Of a DNA stretch of 64,000 bases, positions 19,381 to 31,133 are shown in pieces (position 1 is the first letter of the stretch; each line of letters begins with the position of its first letter). Origin of the DNA: Nitrospirota bacterium (lineage in GTDB: Bacteria > Nitrospirota > UBA9217); contig CAVTRN010000001.1 in assembly GCA_963737155.1 (NCBI GenBank), positions 288,001 through 352,000 of the forward strand, given 5' to 3'. Below the pieces are notes generated by a model, which was given only the letters and a program-made list of their open reading frames with translations, was not told the origin of the DNA and made no database searches. The translations under genes were made by a program, and so were the position numbers.

Positions 19381-21186
19381 TTACTCCATAAAACTCTTTA
19401 GCTGTTTGCTGCGACTCGGGTGGCGCAGTTTCCTGAGCGCCTTGGCCTCGATCTGACGGATACGTTCGCGAGTGACGTCGAACTCCTGCCCGACTTCCTC
19501 AAGCGTGTGGTCCGTCTGCTCGCCGATTCCGAACCGCCACCGCAGCACTTTTTCCTCACGCTCCGTCAGCGTGTTCAGGACCTTGCGGACCTGCTGATGG
19601 AGATTCCTGCGTATGGCGGATTCGAGCGGTGACGCCACCTTCTTGTCTTCGATGAAATCCCCCAGATGGCTGTCTTCTTCCTCGCCAATGGGCGTTTCGA
19701 GGGAGATCGGCTCTTTCGCGATCTTCATGATTTTACGCACCTTCTCGACCGGCAGCTTCATGGATGAGGCGATTTCTTCTGTTGTCGGTTCTCTTCCGAG
19801 ATCCTGCACGAGGCTGCGGGACGTCCTGATAAGTTTGTTCATGGTCTCGATCATATGCACAGGAATGCGGATCGTGCGCGCCTGGTCAGCGATCGCCCTA
19901 GTGATGGCTTGCCGGATCCACCACGTGGCATAGGTGCTGAATTTATATCCTCGCTGCCATTCAAACTTATCCACGGCTTTCATGAGGCCAATATTCCCTT
20001 CCTGGATAAGGTCCAGGAACTGCAGGCCCCGATTGGTATACTTCTTAGCGATGGAAACCACGAGCCTAAGGTTCGCTTCCACCAGCTCGCTCTTGGCTAC
20101 CTTTGCCCGCTCCTCCGCCCGTTCGTAGGAGCGAAGGGCTTTTTTGAGCTCTTCGGCCGAAACACCGCAGTCTTCCTCGATCTTTTTCACACGCTTGACG
20201 ACGTTGCGGTATGTTTTCTCGATCCCGAGCAGCGTCTCCTGCTTAGTCTCGAGCCTGCGCGCCGCATTCTTCAGCTCGCGCTGGCCCTGGCGCATCTTCC
20301 TGAAAACGTCCTTGAGCCCGTCTATGGTCAGCCCTGACTTCCGCTCGAGGCCATGGATCTCCCGTTCTGCCATGAGCACCTCGCTCACCGTCTCGCGAAG
20401 TTTCATGACCAACCGGTCCGTCTGGCGGCAGTGGATGTTGAGCGCCTCGAGCTTGTCAAAAAGCGCGTGCCGTGTCGTCTGCATCTTGTCCCGGACGGAC
20501 TTCTTCCGGGCTTCGCTTCCCCGGTTGCTGTTGATATGATTCGTCAGCGTATTGAGTTCCTTGCTGTGACGTTCGATTTCGACAATCAGCTTCAGGACCC
20601 GGGCATGAAGTTCTTCCTCATTCTGCGTTTGAAGGTCTTCAAAATCGTCATCGCCTGCGTGGACGATTTCATTTATGCTGATTTTCCCCTTCCGTAGCTT
20701 GTCCCCCATATCTCGCACGTCCTGAAGCGAGAACGGTAGGCTGTATAAAATCTGAGCGGCTTCGCGCTTGCCATCTTCGATCCTCTTGGCGATAGACACT
20801 TCGCCTTCCTTGGAAAGGAGCGGAACGGTGCCCATTTCCTTAAGGTAAAGGCGGACGGGATCGTCTGTTTTTCCAACACCAACATCGACCTCTTCCTCCT
20901 CTACTTCCTCCTCAGTTGCTTCCTCGAGGCCCACTTCTTCGGGCTCGACACCGTCTTCCAACTCGTCGTCGGCCGCCTGGCGCACCTTGCCGTCATGGCG
21001 AGAATCTGAGATGTCCATGTCCATTTCGCCGTCTCCGAACAGCGAGATGATACTGTCAAGCTGTTCCGTGGAAACGTCTTCATGGGGGATAGACTCGCCC
21101 CCCCCTTCATCGAAAGGAACATAATTCCTTTCTTTCCCCCCTGTCCCCGCTTTTTTCGAATCGTCTGCCTTACCCTTCTTAGACAT
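19381..21186 (-). CDS. rpoD: Primary sigma factor
   Basis: [39 protein letters not shown] and [13 protein letters not shown] motifs. Confidence 0.97.
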   Translation of the reverse strand: MSKKGKADDSKKAGTGGKERNYVPFDEGGGESIPHEDVSTEQLDSIISLFGDGEMDMDISDSRHDGKVRQAADDELEDGVEPEEVGLEEATEEEVEEEEVDVGVGKTDDPVRLYLKEMGTVPLLSKEGEVSIAKRIEDGKREAAQILYSLPFSLQDVRDMGDKLRKGKISINEIVHAGDDDFEDLQTQNEEELHARVLKLIVEIERHSKELNTLTNHINSNRGSEARKKSVRDKMQTTRHALFDKLEALNIHCRQTDRLVMKLRETVSEVLMAEREIHGLERKSGLTIDGLKDVFRKMRQGQRELKNAARRLETKQETLLGIEKTYRNVVKRVKKIEEDCGVSAEELKKALRSYERAEERAKVAKSELVEANLRLVVSIAKKYTNRGLQFLDLIQEGNIGLMKAVDKFEWQRGYKFSTYATWWIRQAITRAIADQARTIRIPVHMIETMNKLIRTSRSLVQDLGREPTTEEIASSMKLPVEKVRKIMKIAKEPISLETPIGEEEDSHLGDFIEDKKVASPLESAIRRNLHQQVRKVLNTLTEREEKVLRWRFGIGEQTDHTLEEVGQEFDVTRERIRQIEAKALRKLRHPSRSKQLKSFME

Positions 21187-21275
21187 ACTCTGGTGCTCCT
21201 TTTTGCGATGTGGTCTTACCTGCTGCCGCTGCAATTACCTGCCAATTGAACCGGCTCCGTTGTCCCGATCACCTT

Positions 21276-23048
21276 CTACAAGCCGGGAATGCGGCGTCCC
21301 GGCCTTCTGCATAGCTGCTGCTGCATCTCAAGCAGCCGCTTGTACTCCTCAGTGTTGCCTTGCTCCTCTGCTTCTTTGAGCGCTTTCACAATCTGTTTCA
21401 TCTGCTTCTCGGGATCCTGCTGTTTAAGCAACTCCATGCAGTCCCGGCAGTGCTTTTGGGGGTCTTCGTACACCATCTCCAGCACCGCATAGTGCGAAAA
21501 AAGTGCGTTGAGCTCCTCATCCCCCTCCCGCAGAAGGGCGTGATAGTCGAGTGTATTTTTCCCCTTCATGACCTCGAAAATTCTTTCCGCCGCCCTTCGG
21601 AATAAAGGGTCGGTAAAATCCTGCGGCCGTATTTGTTCCTCCAGGCTTTTCGCAATCCCCTCGTCCCTGATCATGAGGTGAAGCAAGGTCTCCTCAGCCT
21701 TGGGTCGGCGATTCAGCATCATCGAGATTCCCCGGCCCTGAGAAGGAACGGTCTGCGGCCGCTTCGGATCCTTCGGCATTTCTTGGCGGAGCAGCGCCTC
21801 GTTAAGGTCAAGCGCCTCAGCGGTCTTCTTCAGATAGTAATCTCGCTCAATGCCGCTCGGAAGCCTGGTAATGATCCCGAGCATCTCTCCCGCTTTCGTT
21901 ACTTTTTCGTCAATCGATGTAACCGGTCCACCCTTTACCGCCTGGTCAAGCACAAAATCCATAAACTTCACGGATTTCCTGAGGCAGGTCGCAAATTCCT
22001 CGTAGCCTTTCTTGTTCAGAAACGTATCAGGATCGTCGCCGTCGGGAAGCGACACTACATTCACTTTCATTCCGCTCGTGATGAACAAGTCGAGGCCGCG
22101 TAAAGTCGCTTTCACGCCCGCCGGATCGGGATCGAATATAAGCACAAGGTTCTGCGCGAACCGCCGCAGGAGTCTCAAATGGCCGTCGGTAAGAGCCGTT
22201 CCCAGCGTTGCCACTGCATTCTTCACGCCGTATTGGTGGCAGGCAAGAGCATCGAGATAACCCTCGACAATGATAAAGTATCCCTGCCGCCGTCCTGGTT
22301 CCTTGGCCCTATCCAGGCAATAAAGCACATTGCTCTTGCTGTAAAGAGGCGTCTCAGGGGAGTTCAGGTACTTCGGCAAAGAGTCGTCCATGACTCGTCC
22401 GCCGAAGGCGATCACATTGCCGCTGAGATCGCGGATTGGGAAAATGATCCTCCCCCGAAACCGGTCATAGTATCCTTCGCCCTCGCTCCGTTTTACAATA
22501 AGCCCAGCCTTCTCCATCAGACCCGGCGCATAATCCCTTTGCTTGAGATGGCGGAGCAGGCCATCCCACTCAGGCCTTGCAAAGCCGAGACCTTGATCCT
22601 CTATAATCGTTTCGCTGACTCCCCGCTTGTCGAGGTATGCCCGTGCCGCATGGCCGGCGGGCCCTTCAAGTTCAGTTCGAAAATAATCGGCGGCCTGGGC
22701 AACGACTTTCAAGAGGGCGGCGCGTTCGTCCTCATTTTTTTTATCCTTGCGCGGGCTGTTCTCTGGCAGCGAGATCCCCGACATCCCCGCGAGATTGCGG
22801 ACCGCGTCGGGGAAGTTCATACCTTCCTGCAACTCCAGAAACTTAAACACATCCCCGCCCACGCCGCAGCCGAAGCAGTGAAAAATCTGTTTGTCCGGAT
22901 TGACGCTGAACGAAGGTGTTTTCTCAGCATGAAACGGGCAGAGTCCCACATGGTTCTTTCCGGTTTTCTTCAGGGAAACATATCCGGCTACAAGGTCGAC
23001 AATATCAACACTGTCCCGAACCCGGCTTATGATATCATCGGAAAACAT
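21276..23048 (-). CDS. dnaG: DNA primase
   Basis: CPFH..HCFGC zinc finger, YDRFRGR, KYLNSPET, VEGYLD and DPD Toprim motifs. Confidence 0.97.
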   Translation of the reverse strand: MFSDDIISRVRDSVDIVDLVAGYVSLKKTGKNHVGLCPFHAEKTPSFSVNPDKQIFHCFGCGVGGDVFKFLELQEGMNFPDAVRNLAGMSGISLPENSPRKDKKNEDERAALLKVVAQAADYFRTELEGPAGHAARAYLDKRGVSETIIEDQGLGFARPEWDGLLRHLKQRDYAPGLMEKAGLIVKRSEGEGYYDRFRGRIIFPIRDLSGNVIAFGGRVMDDSLPKYLNSPETPLYSKSNVLYCLDRAKEPGRRQGYFIIVEGYLDALACHQYGVKNAVATLGTALTDGHLRLLRRFAQNLVLIFDPDPAGVKATLRGLDLFITSGMKVNVVSLPDGDDPDTFLNKKGYEEFATCLRKSVKFMDFVLDQAVKGGPVTSIDEKVTKAGEMLGIITRLPSGIERDYYLKKTAEALDLNEALLRQEMPKDPKRPQTVPSQGRGISMMLNRRPKAEETLLHLMIRDEGIAKSLEEQIRPQDFTDPLFRRAAERIFEVMKGKNTLDYHALLREGDEELNALFSHYAVLEMVYEDPQKHCRDCMELLKQQDPEKQMKQIVKALKEAEEQGNTEEYKRLLEMQQQLCRRPGRRIPGL

Positions 23049-23049
23049 A

Positions 23050-25431
23050 TTATTTTTTCAGCTCCGCCACCGTTACGCCTGCTCCACCCTCAGCCGGAGT
23101 TCCAGTCCTTATGGCTGCGATCAGGGGGTTGTTCTTCAGGTAGCCCTCCACTGCCGACTTGAGCGCGCCGGTACCCATGCCGTGAATGACCGTCACTAGC
23201 GACAAGCCGTTTACGCCGGCCCGGTCGATAAAACGCTCTACCTCGGCCAGTCCTTCATCAACCCGAAGTCCAATGATGTTCAAGCGATTGGACGAGCCCT
23301 CATCCTCTCCAAAATTGGCGCTCCAGCCCGGCAAGTGGGAGGAGTTCTGCGGTCCGCTCAGAGGCTTGATCGGCCAGACTTCCATCGCCGGCAATTTAAG
23401 TTTTTTGCCGTCCACCTCAAGCTCGAGCAGGCCTCGGTGTGAAGCCAGCACCGTCGCCGGCCTGTTCCACCGTGAGATCCGAACCCGGTCGCCTGGATGA
23501 AGGTCAAGAAGCGGACCGGTAGGGTGATGGGCCTGATCCGAAACAGCTGGCTCAAGTTTTCTGCTGAGCGCTTCGATCTCTGCAACCGTTTTCTTGTGCT
23601 CCGCCTGAGCAAGAGTCGTTGCCTGGGACAGCTCGCGAAGTTTCCGGCGTAGCGACGCAACTACCTCTTTTGCTTCCATCCTGGCTTTCGCCTTTATATC
23701 CCGCGCTTCATCCGCCACCGTCCTGAGCGTCGCTTCACTCTGAAGGCGTTCCCGCTGAACAGCAGCCTGCTCCCGCTCGAGTATCTCGCGCTCCTTGGTA
23801 AGCCGTAGAGCGTCCGTCTCCACCTGTTTCAACAGGTGTTCGAGCCGGATATCATCTTCACTAATCCGGGTGCGTGCCTTCCGGATCACCTCATCAGGAA
23901 TACCCATCCTGGCCGCCATATCCAGCCCATAGCTTCTGCCCGGCCTCCCCGGGATCAACCGGTACGTCGGCTTCAACGTTGAGGGATCAAATTCCATGGA
24001 AGCGTTCACTGCGCCGGCCGTCTGGGAGCCGAAGAGCTTAAGCGTGTTGTGGTGCGTCGTCACCAAGGTCACGCATCCGCGCTCGATCAAATTCTCTAAA
24101 ACAGCGGCGCCCAGTCCGGCTCCCTCACCGGGATCCGTCCCGGCTCCGAGTTCATCGAGCAAAACGAGAGAGTACCGATCCGCTTGGCGGAGAGTTCCGG
24201 CAATATGGCCCACATGAGATGAAAATGTGCTCAGGTCCTGCTCAAGGCTTTGCTCGTCGCCGATATCTGCAAAGACATCATGGAAGCACGGCAGTACGCT
24301 CCCTTCCGCCGCTGTCACCGGTAGACCAGCCTGGGCCATGAGCGAAAGAAGACCCACCGTCTTGAGAATCACCGTCTTGCCGCCGGCGTTCGGGCCGCTA
24401 AGAATCAACACCCGTTCATGATCGCTCAGTTCGATGTCGTTCGGCAATACCTCCCCGCTGCCCGCGTTTTTTTGCTTCCAGGCGAGTAAAGGATGCCGCG
24501 CCCTGCGAAGTCTGACACGCCCGTCCATGGAGAACTCCGGGATTGTCCCATCCAACTCCATCCCGAGCCGGGCCCGAGCGTATACGGCATCGATTGACGC
24601 AAGAGCATTGATCGTTTCCCCAATTGCATCGCGCTCCTGGGAAAGAAGAGCTGTCAATTCCCGAAGAATGCGTTCAACTTCATCCCGTTCTTCCAGACGA
24701 AGTTCCGCGAGGCGATTGTTCTGCTCTAGTACCTCAAGAGGCTCCACGAAAAGCGTTGCCCGGGACCCCGACTGCCCGTGAACTATGCCTTTCAGGTTTT
24801 GTCTGAAGTTCGGTTTGAGCGGCAGAACATACCGGTCATCACGAATCGTTATCACCGGCTCCTGGACGATTTTTTGAAAACTGCTGTCCTGCAGCATATC
24901 GGACAACCGTCCTAGAATATCGTCCCGCGTCCGACCGAGCTGTTTACGGATCTTCCGGAGGTTCGGGCTGGCCGAATCCCTTACCTCGGCCCGCTCGTCG
25001 ATGGCGCTAAAGATCGCATCTTCGACCTGTTTAAGCGGACGAATAGAAGCAGCTCGCAAGCAGAGTAGCGGAGCCGAAAACGCCGGATCGCCGTTCCTTT
25101 CGAAGCGCTGAAAAAAAATCCTTACCCGCCTGCCAGCGGAAAGTGTAGTAGCTATATCCAGCAGTTCCGCGGAGGAGAGCATGCTGCCGGCGACTTCCAG
25201 CTTCGCAACCGCCTGCTCCACGTCAACGATTCCGTCGAGCGGCGGACTTTCCCCCCGCCGGAGGATATTCATGAATTCACGCGTTTCCCGGAGACATCCC
25301 GCTGCCGTCTCCCGGTCGGCAACAGGCATCATGCTTCGCACGGATTTTCTGCCGGGTACCGAAGCTGCGTATCCGGCGACAATGTCGATTACCTTGTCAA
25401 ACTCCAGCACCCGAAGGGAATGCTCATTCAT
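23050..25431 (-). CDS. mutS2: Endonuclease MutS2
   Basis: LRVLEF, SGPNAGGKT, DIGDEQS and LLDELGAGTDP; C-terminal Smr IHGMGTG. Confidence 0.95.
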   Translation of the reverse strand: MNEHSLRVLEFDKVIDIVAGYAASVPGRKSVRSMMPVADRETAAGCLRETREFMNILRRGESPPLDGIVDVEQAVAKLEVAGSMLSSAELLDIATTLSAGRRVRIFFQRFERNGDPAFSAPLLCLRAASIRPLKQVEDAIFSAIDERAEVRDSASPNLRKIRKQLGRTRDDILGRLSDMLQDSSFQKIVQEPVITIRDDRYVLPLKPNFRQNLKGIVHGQSGSRATLFVEPLEVLEQNNRLAELRLEERDEVERILRELTALLSQERDAIGETINALASIDAVYARARLGMELDGTIPEFSMDGRVRLRRARHPLLAWKQKNAGSGEVLPNDIELSDHERVLILSGPNAGGKTVILKTVGLLSLMAQAGLPVTAAEGSVLPCFHDVFADIGDEQSLEQDLSTFSSHVGHIAGTLRQADRYSLVLLDELGAGTDPGEGAGLGAAVLENLIERGCVTLVTTHHNTLKLFGSQTAGAVNASMEFDPSTLKPTYRLIPGRPGRSYGLDMAARMGIPDEVIRKARTRISEDDIRLEHLLKQVETDALRLTKEREILEREQAAVQRERLQSEATLRTVADEARDIKAKARMEAKEVVASLRRKLRELSQATTLAQAEHKKTVAEIEALSRKLEPAVSDQAHHPTGPLLDLHPGDRVRISRWNRPATVLASHRGLLELEVDGKKLKLPAMEVWPIKPLSGPQNSSHLPGWSANFGEDEGSSNRLNIIGLRVDEGLAEVERFIDRAGVNGLSLVTVIHGMGTGALKSAVEGYLKNNPLIAAIRTGTPAEGGAGVTVAELKK

Positions 25432-25632
25432 AACTTGTACCGAGGAACATCCGCTTGCGGCAAGCAGCGTTTTTCCTGCACTCTGAACGATCCGCGGCAT
25501 GGGACGCTTCGCGTATCCGGGAACCGTCATGACGCTCTTTGACTATGCAGCTGTTGTCTTTCTCTGGTACAAGCCAGGGTCCCTCTCGGATTAAAGGGAG
25601 GACCAGGGATTCCCGGGATCGTTCATGATATG

Positions 25633-25670
25633 AAAAAAAATCAGGGGGCCTCGGTCTACCTGGCCCCCTG
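25633..25670 (-). terminator. Terminator after yqeY
   Basis: CAGGGGGCC..GGCCCCCTG stem with an A8 run on + (U-tract on minus). Confidence 0.65.
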
Positions 25671-25719
25671 TTCCGTCCCGTTGTCAGAGAATCGCACGTT
25701 GAATGCGTTACTCATATCA

Positions 25720-26163
25720 TTACCCTAGCGATTTTTTCACTAGATCGCTGATCAATTTTCCGTCAGCCCTTCCGCCGACCATAGGTATGAGCGCCTTCAT
25801 GACCTTCCCCATATCCTTTGAGCCCTGCGCCCCTGTCTGGACAACGGCTTCACGAACCATTGACTCGAGCTCTTCATGTGATAACGGCTGGGGAAGATAT
25901 ACTTCCAGCACCGCTACTTCGGCAGTTTCCTTGTCCACGAGATCCTGACGGCCGCCTTTTGCAAACTGCTCGATTGAATCTTTCCGCTGCTTTATGAGGG
26001 AACGAACGGTCTCGACAACCTCCTCTTCAATGAGTGGCCGCCGCTTGTCGATCTGCTTGTTCTTAAGAGCGGCATTCAGCATCCGCAAAGTGGAAAGTTT
26101 GTCTTTAGCTCCGGACTTGAGGGCTTCTTTTGTATCCGAATCAACTCTCTCCCGTAAACCCAT
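25720..26163 (-). CDS. GatB/YqeY domain protein
   Basis: KQRKDSIEQF, YLPQPLS, DMGKVM and GRADG; follows rpsU. Confidence 0.93.
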   Translation of the reverse strand: MGLRERVDSDTKEALKSGAKDKLSTLRMLNAALKNKQIDKRRPLIEEEVVETVRSLIKQRKDSIEQFAKGGRQDLVDKETAEVAVLEVYLPQPLSHEELESMVREAVVQTGAQGSKDMGKVMKALIPMVGGRADGKLISDLVKKSLG

Positions 26164-26245
26164 TCCGTCCCTCTTCTCTCCCCACAACACAGCCGCTCGC
26201 AGATAGCCAATGAAGTCGAGAACCTGCACGACGGTGCGATGCTGA

Positions 26246-26446
26246 TTAACTCTGCCGGAAAATACGCGCGGTCTTGGCTGCTTTTTTTCTCGCGGCTATT
26301 GCTTTCTTCTTGCGCTTTACGCTCGGCTTTTCGTAATGCTCTCTTTTTTTGACTTCAGAAAGCACGCCTTCCTTTTCGATGCTTTTTTTAAACCTCCGGA
26401 GCGCGGCCTCAAAGGGTTCGTTCTCCCGTAATCTTATACTCGGCAC
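26246..26446 (-). CDS. rpsU: 30S ribosomal protein S21
   Basis: [22 protein letters not shown]; GTG start at 26446. Confidence 0.95.
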   Translation of the reverse strand: MPSIRLRENEPFEAALRRFKKSIEKEGVLSEVKKREHYEKPSVKRKKKAIAARKKAAKTARIFRQS

Positions 26447-26569
26447 TCTCGCTACACCCCCCTCCGGTTGCATCTGATAGAAACAGCCGTATAACTTACG
26501 GTTTTTATTATATAAATAATGTGTAAAAGAAATTTCACTCGGCAATTTTTTATTATGGCATAATCATTA

Positions 26570-26598
26570 AAAATAACAACTCCCCTCTTGAATGTCAA
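26570..26598 (-). promoter_or_regulatory. sigma70 promoter of the rpsU operon
   Basis: TTGACA-17-TATTTT with extended TG. Confidence 0.6.
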
Positions 26599-26680
26599 GA
26601 AGAATTTTCGTTAAATTTTAAGCACTTTTTCGTGGTCCCGTCGTCCGGAACTGCCCCGTGGATATATACCTTTCGTACTA

Positions 26681-27886
26681 TCAACTTCTATACGCCGCAT
26701 TGATCTTCACATATTCGTATGACAGGTCACAAGTCCAAACGGTTGCCCTCCCTTTTCCCTTGTGAAGATCAATCACAATCTGCACTTCGCGCTGTTTAAG
26801 CGCAAGTGCAGCTTCACGCTCGGCGGCCTTGCCCATGCCGAGGCCTTTTTCGACGATCTTGGCCTTGCCGATCATTATGTCCGTTCTAGCCTCATCCATC
26901 TCCACATCAGCATACCCCAACGCGGCCATGATCCTGCCCCAGTTGGCGTCTTCACCGAAGATAGCGGTTTTCACAAGGCTGGACTTTGCAACGGTCATCG
27001 CTGCACGCTTGGCTTCAACAGGACTCCTTGCATTCCGAACTTCGATCTCAACAAATTTGGTCGCGCCCTCTCCATCACGGACGACTCGCCGAGCCAGTGT
27101 CCCTGCTACCGTGTCGAGACAGGTCTGGAACTTTTTGAACTCCTTGCTGGCCGGCGCTATCCTCCTGTTTCCCGCTGCACCGTTCGCCATGCTAAGGATC
27201 ATGTCATTCGTGCTCATGTCGCCGTCCACGGTGATCAAGTTAAACGATTTTTCCGCAGATGCCAACAGGGCTTTCTTCAGGACAGGTGCTGATAGAACGG
27301 CATCCGTCACGATAAAGCAAAGCATCGTAGCCATGTTCGGATGAATCATCCCCGACCCTTTAGCAATGCCGGCAACGGTGATCGTCTTGCCACCTATCTC
27401 TTCCTGGACGATTGAGAGTTTCGGATACATGTCCGTGGTCATGATAGCTTCCGCAGCCTGTTCCCAGCCGGCGCCCGACAAGAGACCAATAGCAGTGGCA
27501 ATGCCGGTGCCAACCCTCGCCATCGGAAGATACTCGCCAATCACACCGGTTGACGATACCAATACAGCATCGGGTTTGATGCCGAGCGCACGCGCCGCAA
27601 TCTCCGCCGTGGCACGGGCATCTGCGAGACCACGTTTTCCCGTACAGGCGTTGGCGCACCCGCTGTTGGCGACAATTGCCTGCCCTTTTCCGGATTTTAC
27701 CCTCGTCAAATCCAGCAAAACCGGTGCCGCCTTAACCCGGTTCCTGGTGAATACGCCGGCGACCGAAGCCTCCCGATCGGAGAAGATGATCGCAAGATCT
27801 TTCTTCTCATTCTTTTTTATGCCACTCGCAATGCCCCATGCCTTGTAACCAGGAATGGAAAAGTTCTTTGTATCGAGAATCCTCAT
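26681..27886 (-). CDS. argJ: Bifunctional ornithine acetyltransferase
   Basis: NSGCANAC, STGVIG, KGSGMIHPNMATML and VDGDMSTND motifs. Confidence 0.96.
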   Translation of the reverse strand: MRILDTKNFSIPGYKAWGIASGIKKNEKKDLAIIFSDREASVAGVFTRNRVKAAPVLLDLTRVKSGKGQAIVANSGCANACTGKRGLADARATAEIAARALGIKPDAVLVSSTGVIGEYLPMARVGTGIATAIGLLSGAGWEQAAEAIMTTDMYPKLSIVQEEIGGKTITVAGIAKGSGMIHPNMATMLCFIVTDAVLSAPVLKKALLASAEKSFNLITVDGDMSTNDMILSMANGAAGNRRIAPASKEFKKFQTCLDTVAGTLARRVVRDGEGATKFVEIEVRNARSPVEAKRAAMTVAKSSLVKTAIFGEDANWGRIMAALGYADVEMDEARTDIMIGKAKIVEKGLGMGKAAEREAALALKQREVQIVIDLHKGKGRATVWTCDLSYEYVKINAAYRS

Positions 27887-28001
27887 GATTCTACCCCTGT
27901 CTCATTAGGATATTTATTGTCCTCATCCTGTAGGGGAGAGGAAGCAACAAAATTGTATTGTTGCCGGAACCCGCCACGCATCCGCCGGCATACTCTGCAA
28001 T

Positions 28002-29054
28002 TCAGGGAAACAGTCCAGCAATCCGGAGACCGTCCATTTCATCAAAACCCGCCATAAGGTTCATGTTCTGGATGGCCTGACCAGACGCACCCTTGACGAG
28101 GTTGTCGATGGCTGTAACAACTACGATCCTGCCTGTCCGAGGATCAGCGTACATACCGATGTCACAAAAATTGGAACCTCGTACATTCCGCACGTTTGGA
28201 AGCTGGCCGGCTGCAAGGACCCTGACGAATGGTTCGTTTCGGTAAAACTCCCGGTACATCGCGCAAAGCCGGTCTGTGTCAGCTCCGACGTTAAGCGTGG
28301 CATAGATCGTTGTCAGGATTCCCCGATTCATGGGTACAAGATGGGGCGTGAACAAGAGGGTGATCGATTGCCCTGCCAGTGCCCCCAGCTCCTGCTCTAT
28401 CTCCGGCGTATGGCGATGCGTCCCGATTTTGTACGCCATAAAGCCTTCGTTCACTTCAGGATAGTGGTACGCGATCGACGGGCTGCGTCCGGCGCCGGAC
28501 ACTCCTGATTTGGAATCGATGATGATTGTCTTGAGGTCTATAGCTTCTTTTTTCACTAACGGCGCCAGTCCCAGAATCGCACTGGTTGGATAACAGCCCG
28601 GATTCGCAATAAGCGACGCTTTTCGGATCTTCTCTCGGTGCAGTTCCGGCAGGCCATACACTGCTTGCTTTAAAAGCTCGGGGAACTGGTGACCGTGCTC
28701 GTACCACGTTTCATACACAGCCGGATCGGCAAGTCGGTAGTCGGCCGACAGGTCGATGACTTTTTTCCCAAGCTGATGGAACCGGAAAGCGGCTGCCTGT
28801 GCTGTGACGTGGGGAAGCGCAAGAAATATATAATCCGCTTTTTTGGCGATGATGTCCGGATCAAGCGTTTCACAAACCAGCCCTGTTAAACCGGCAAGGT
28901 GCGGGAAAATACTGGTAAGAGGCTGACCAGCGGATTTCTCCGAGGTGACTGCGGTGACCGTTGCCCGGGGATGATGCAGGAGTAGCCGGTAGAGTTCACC
29001 GCCGGTATATCCGCTCGACCCCACGATTGCTATCTTCAGGTTATTCTCTATCAT
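28002..29054 (-). CDS. argC: N-acetyl-gamma-glutamyl-phosphate reductase
   Basis: [24 protein letters not shown] and [11 protein letters not shown] motifs. Confidence 0.96.
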   Translation of the reverse strand: MIENNLKIAIVGSSGYTGGELYRLLLHHPRATVTAVTSEKSAGQPLTSIFPHLAGLTGLVCETLDPDIIAKKADYIFLALPHVTAQAAAFRFHQLGKKVIDLSADYRLADPAVYETWYEHGHQFPELLKQAVYGLPELHREKIRKASLIANPGCYPTSAILGLAPLVKKEAIDLKTIIIDSKSGVSGAGRSPSIAYHYPEVNEGFMAYKIGTHRHTPEIEQELGALAGQSITLLFTPHLVPMNRGILTTIYATLNVGADTDRLCAMYREFYRNEPFVRVLAAGQLPNVRNVRGSNFCDIGMYADPRTGRIVVVTAIDNLVKGASGQAIQNMNLMAGFDEMDGLRIAGLFP

Positions 29055-29195
29055 TTCATTTCCAGATTCCATGCCCTGCGAAATTACAATGCCTGTCGCA
29101 CGGCGCAAAATAAGCAAAACAAAAGGGAAGGCATCTCTACCTTCCCTTGATCTGAACGGGATCTGCAAAGCAAGAAAACAGATAGGTATGATCCC

Positions 29196-29597
29196 TTATC
29201 TCTTGGAGAACTGGAAGCGGGCACGCGCCCCTTTCTGGCCGTACTTCTTGCGCTCTTTGGCGCGGGGGTCGCGGGTGAGAAGGCCTTCCTTGCGGAGTTT
29301 GACGCGTGATTCGGCATCCACCGCGAGAAGCGCCTTGGAAATCCCATGCCTGATGGCGCCAGCCTGGCCGGAGTTGCCCCCGCCGAGAACGCTGACGAGT
29401 ACATCGAATTTATCGATAGTTCCAGTAACCTCAAAAGGTTGGCGAATGATCATCTTGAGCACATCTCTGCCAAAGTACTGATCCATGGGCTTGTCGTTGA
29501 TGGTTATCTTGCCACTGCCAGGCATCATCCATATTCTGGCGATAGAATTCTTGCGCTTGCCTGTTGCGTAGTATCTCGATACCGTTGCCGCTGACAT
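29196..29597 (-). CDS. rpsI: 30S ribosomal protein S9
   Basis: [15 protein letters not shown] and [19 protein letters not shown]. Confidence 0.98.
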   Translation of the reverse strand: MSAATVSRYYATGKRKNSIARIWMMPGSGKITINDKPMDQYFGRDVLKMIIRQPFEVTGTIDKFDVLVSVLGGGNSGQAGAIRHGISKALLAVDAESRVKLRKEGLLTRDPRAKERKKYGQKGARARFQFSKR

Positions 29598-29630
29598 TAC
29601 TTCCTCCTAACGAATATTCCAACTACTTGA

Positions 29631-30062
29631 TTATTTGATTTTCATTTCCGCCGGCTGCTGGGCGCTGTGCGGATGAGTCTCCCCTGCGTAAATCTTGAGT
29701 TTGGTAAGCATCTGTTTGCCGAGCTGTGTTTTCGGAAGCATCCCCTGGACCGCCATCTTCAGAACTTCCTCGGGTCTGGTTTTCATAAGCTTGCCTGCCG
29801 TGATGGATTTAAGACCGCCGGGGTACCCGGAGTGGCTATAGTAGACTTTCTGATCCAGTTTTTTGCCAGTCAGGTGGATTCTCTCGGCATTAACAACGAT
29901 CACGAAATCACCGGTATCCACATGTTTCGTAAAAATAGGTTTGTGCTTGCCTTTGAGCACCGACGCAACGACCGTTGCGATCCTGCCAAGTGTTTTTCCG
30001 TTCGCATCAACGACATGCCAGCTTCTATTGACATCCTCTTTTTTTGCTGAATAGGTCCCCAT
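29631..30062 (-). CDS. rplM: 50S ribosomal protein L13
   Basis: WHVVDA, LGR, GKHKP, HSGYPGG and GMLP motifs. Confidence 0.98.
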   Translation of the reverse strand: MGTYSAKKEDVNRSWHVVDANGKTLGRIATVVASVLKGKHKPIFTKHVDTGDFVIVVNAERIHLTGKKLDQKVYYSHSGYPGGLKSITAGKLMKTRPEEVLKMAVQGMLPKTQLGKQMLTKLKIYAGETHPHSAQQPAEMKIK

Positions 30063-30104
30063 AATTACCGCCTTGCAGATTTATGAATTTTATCAAGAAA
30101 CGTG

Positions 30105-30133
30105 AATATAATTAATTTCATCTATTTTGTCAA
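30105..30133 (-). promoter_or_regulatory. sigma70 promoter of rplM-rpsI
   Basis: TTGACA-17-TATATT. Confidence 0.7.
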
Positions 30134-30413
30134 GCATTTTGTGCACAAGGTCATAGAGATGACATTATTTTGCACTTAGTTATTGTTTATACATTACACA
30201 AAAAACCATTAAAATCATTTAGTTACGTAATTGGTTTGAATAAAAAAACAGCCTGAAGAAAATGAAGGTCTGAATGGCTTTTGATGAGTATCGGAGCGGG
30301 AACTGCAATTTACATTGGTTTCATTTGCGGAGTACTGTTTCTTTCACAAAACGGGCGAGAGCGGTAATTTATTTTGTCCCCTCTCGCCTCAAATGGCATT
30401 TCACATGTTTAGG

Positions 30414-30728
30414 TCATTTTTCAGGAATTGCCTGATTCTCTCTCTGCGCTGTCGGAGCGGAGACAACATAACCAAATGCCGTACCAACAAGACCGCCAAT
30501 CACCAAACTTGCAGTCGCCGCACAGGTGATCCCTATTACGATTCCCATTACGATTGCGGCGCGCACGAACAGTGTCGGTTCCACCGTACCGCCCATAAAC
30601 TTCTGGAGCAGGATTAGGGTCCCGAAGCCCCCGAAATAGAAACCAGGTATGACGCCGAATAGCAGGAATACCAGCCCGCCGATTGTTGCCCCTATTTTCA
30701 TGCCCGCTTTGATCGCATTATCCTTCAT
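30414..30728 (-). CDS. Small Gly-rich membrane protein B (cassette copy 2)
   Basis: 104 aa; shares GMKIGATIGGLVF and VEPTL.VRAAIV with 8771..9088. Confidence 0.9.
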   Translation of the reverse strand: MKDNAIKAGMKIGATIGGLVFLLFGVIPGFYFGGFGTLILLQKFMGGTVEPTLFVRAAIVMGIVIGITCAATASLVIGGLVGTAFGYVVSAPTAQRENQAIPEK

Positions 30729-31062
30729 TGCTATCTCTCCTTGTCTTGGATAATCCTTGTTCTTCCCCAGCTTCTTTCGCGTGCGCTCCTGACTCTAGGA
30801 CTTTGCCGACAAGCCATCCCACGGTTGATGTAGCCGTCACAATCACGATGCCTGACACAAGAATCCCCACGAGCATTGAAGACAGCACGATAATTCTCGA
30901 TATAAGACCGGGCTGAAGCGGAAGGCCAAAAAACCAGCCTGCTATACTGATACCGGCTGCTCCTCCCATAAGGCTTCCCAGAAGCAGTCCGAATAATGCA
31001 AACAAAACGAGACCTGCACCTGCACCGATATACGCTGTCTTTCTTGAAATTGTCGTCTTCAT
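30718..31062 (-). CDS. Small Gly-rich membrane protein A (cassette copy 2)
   Basis: 114 aa, AAGGAGG RBS; shares SRKTAYIGAGAGLV and IVLSSMLVG with 8400..8705. Confidence 0.9.
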   Translation of the reverse strand: MKTTISRKTAYIGAGAGLVLFALFGLLLGSLMGGAAGISIAGWFFGLPLQPGLISRIIVLSSMLVGILVSGIVIVTATSTVGWLVGKVLESGAHAKEAGEEQGLSKTRRDSNEG

Positions 31063-31099
31063 GGTAGTTTCCTCCTTAGTTGTAAATTACTTGATAATT

Positions 31100-31133
31100 T
31101 GCATCAAGCATGCCAGAATATAAGTAATTGATT
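31100..31133 (-). promoter_or_regulatory. sigma54 promoter with a perfect IHF consensus
   Basis: Minus strand reads AATCAATTACTTA-TATT-CTGGCAT-GCTTG-ATGCA. Confidence 0.8.
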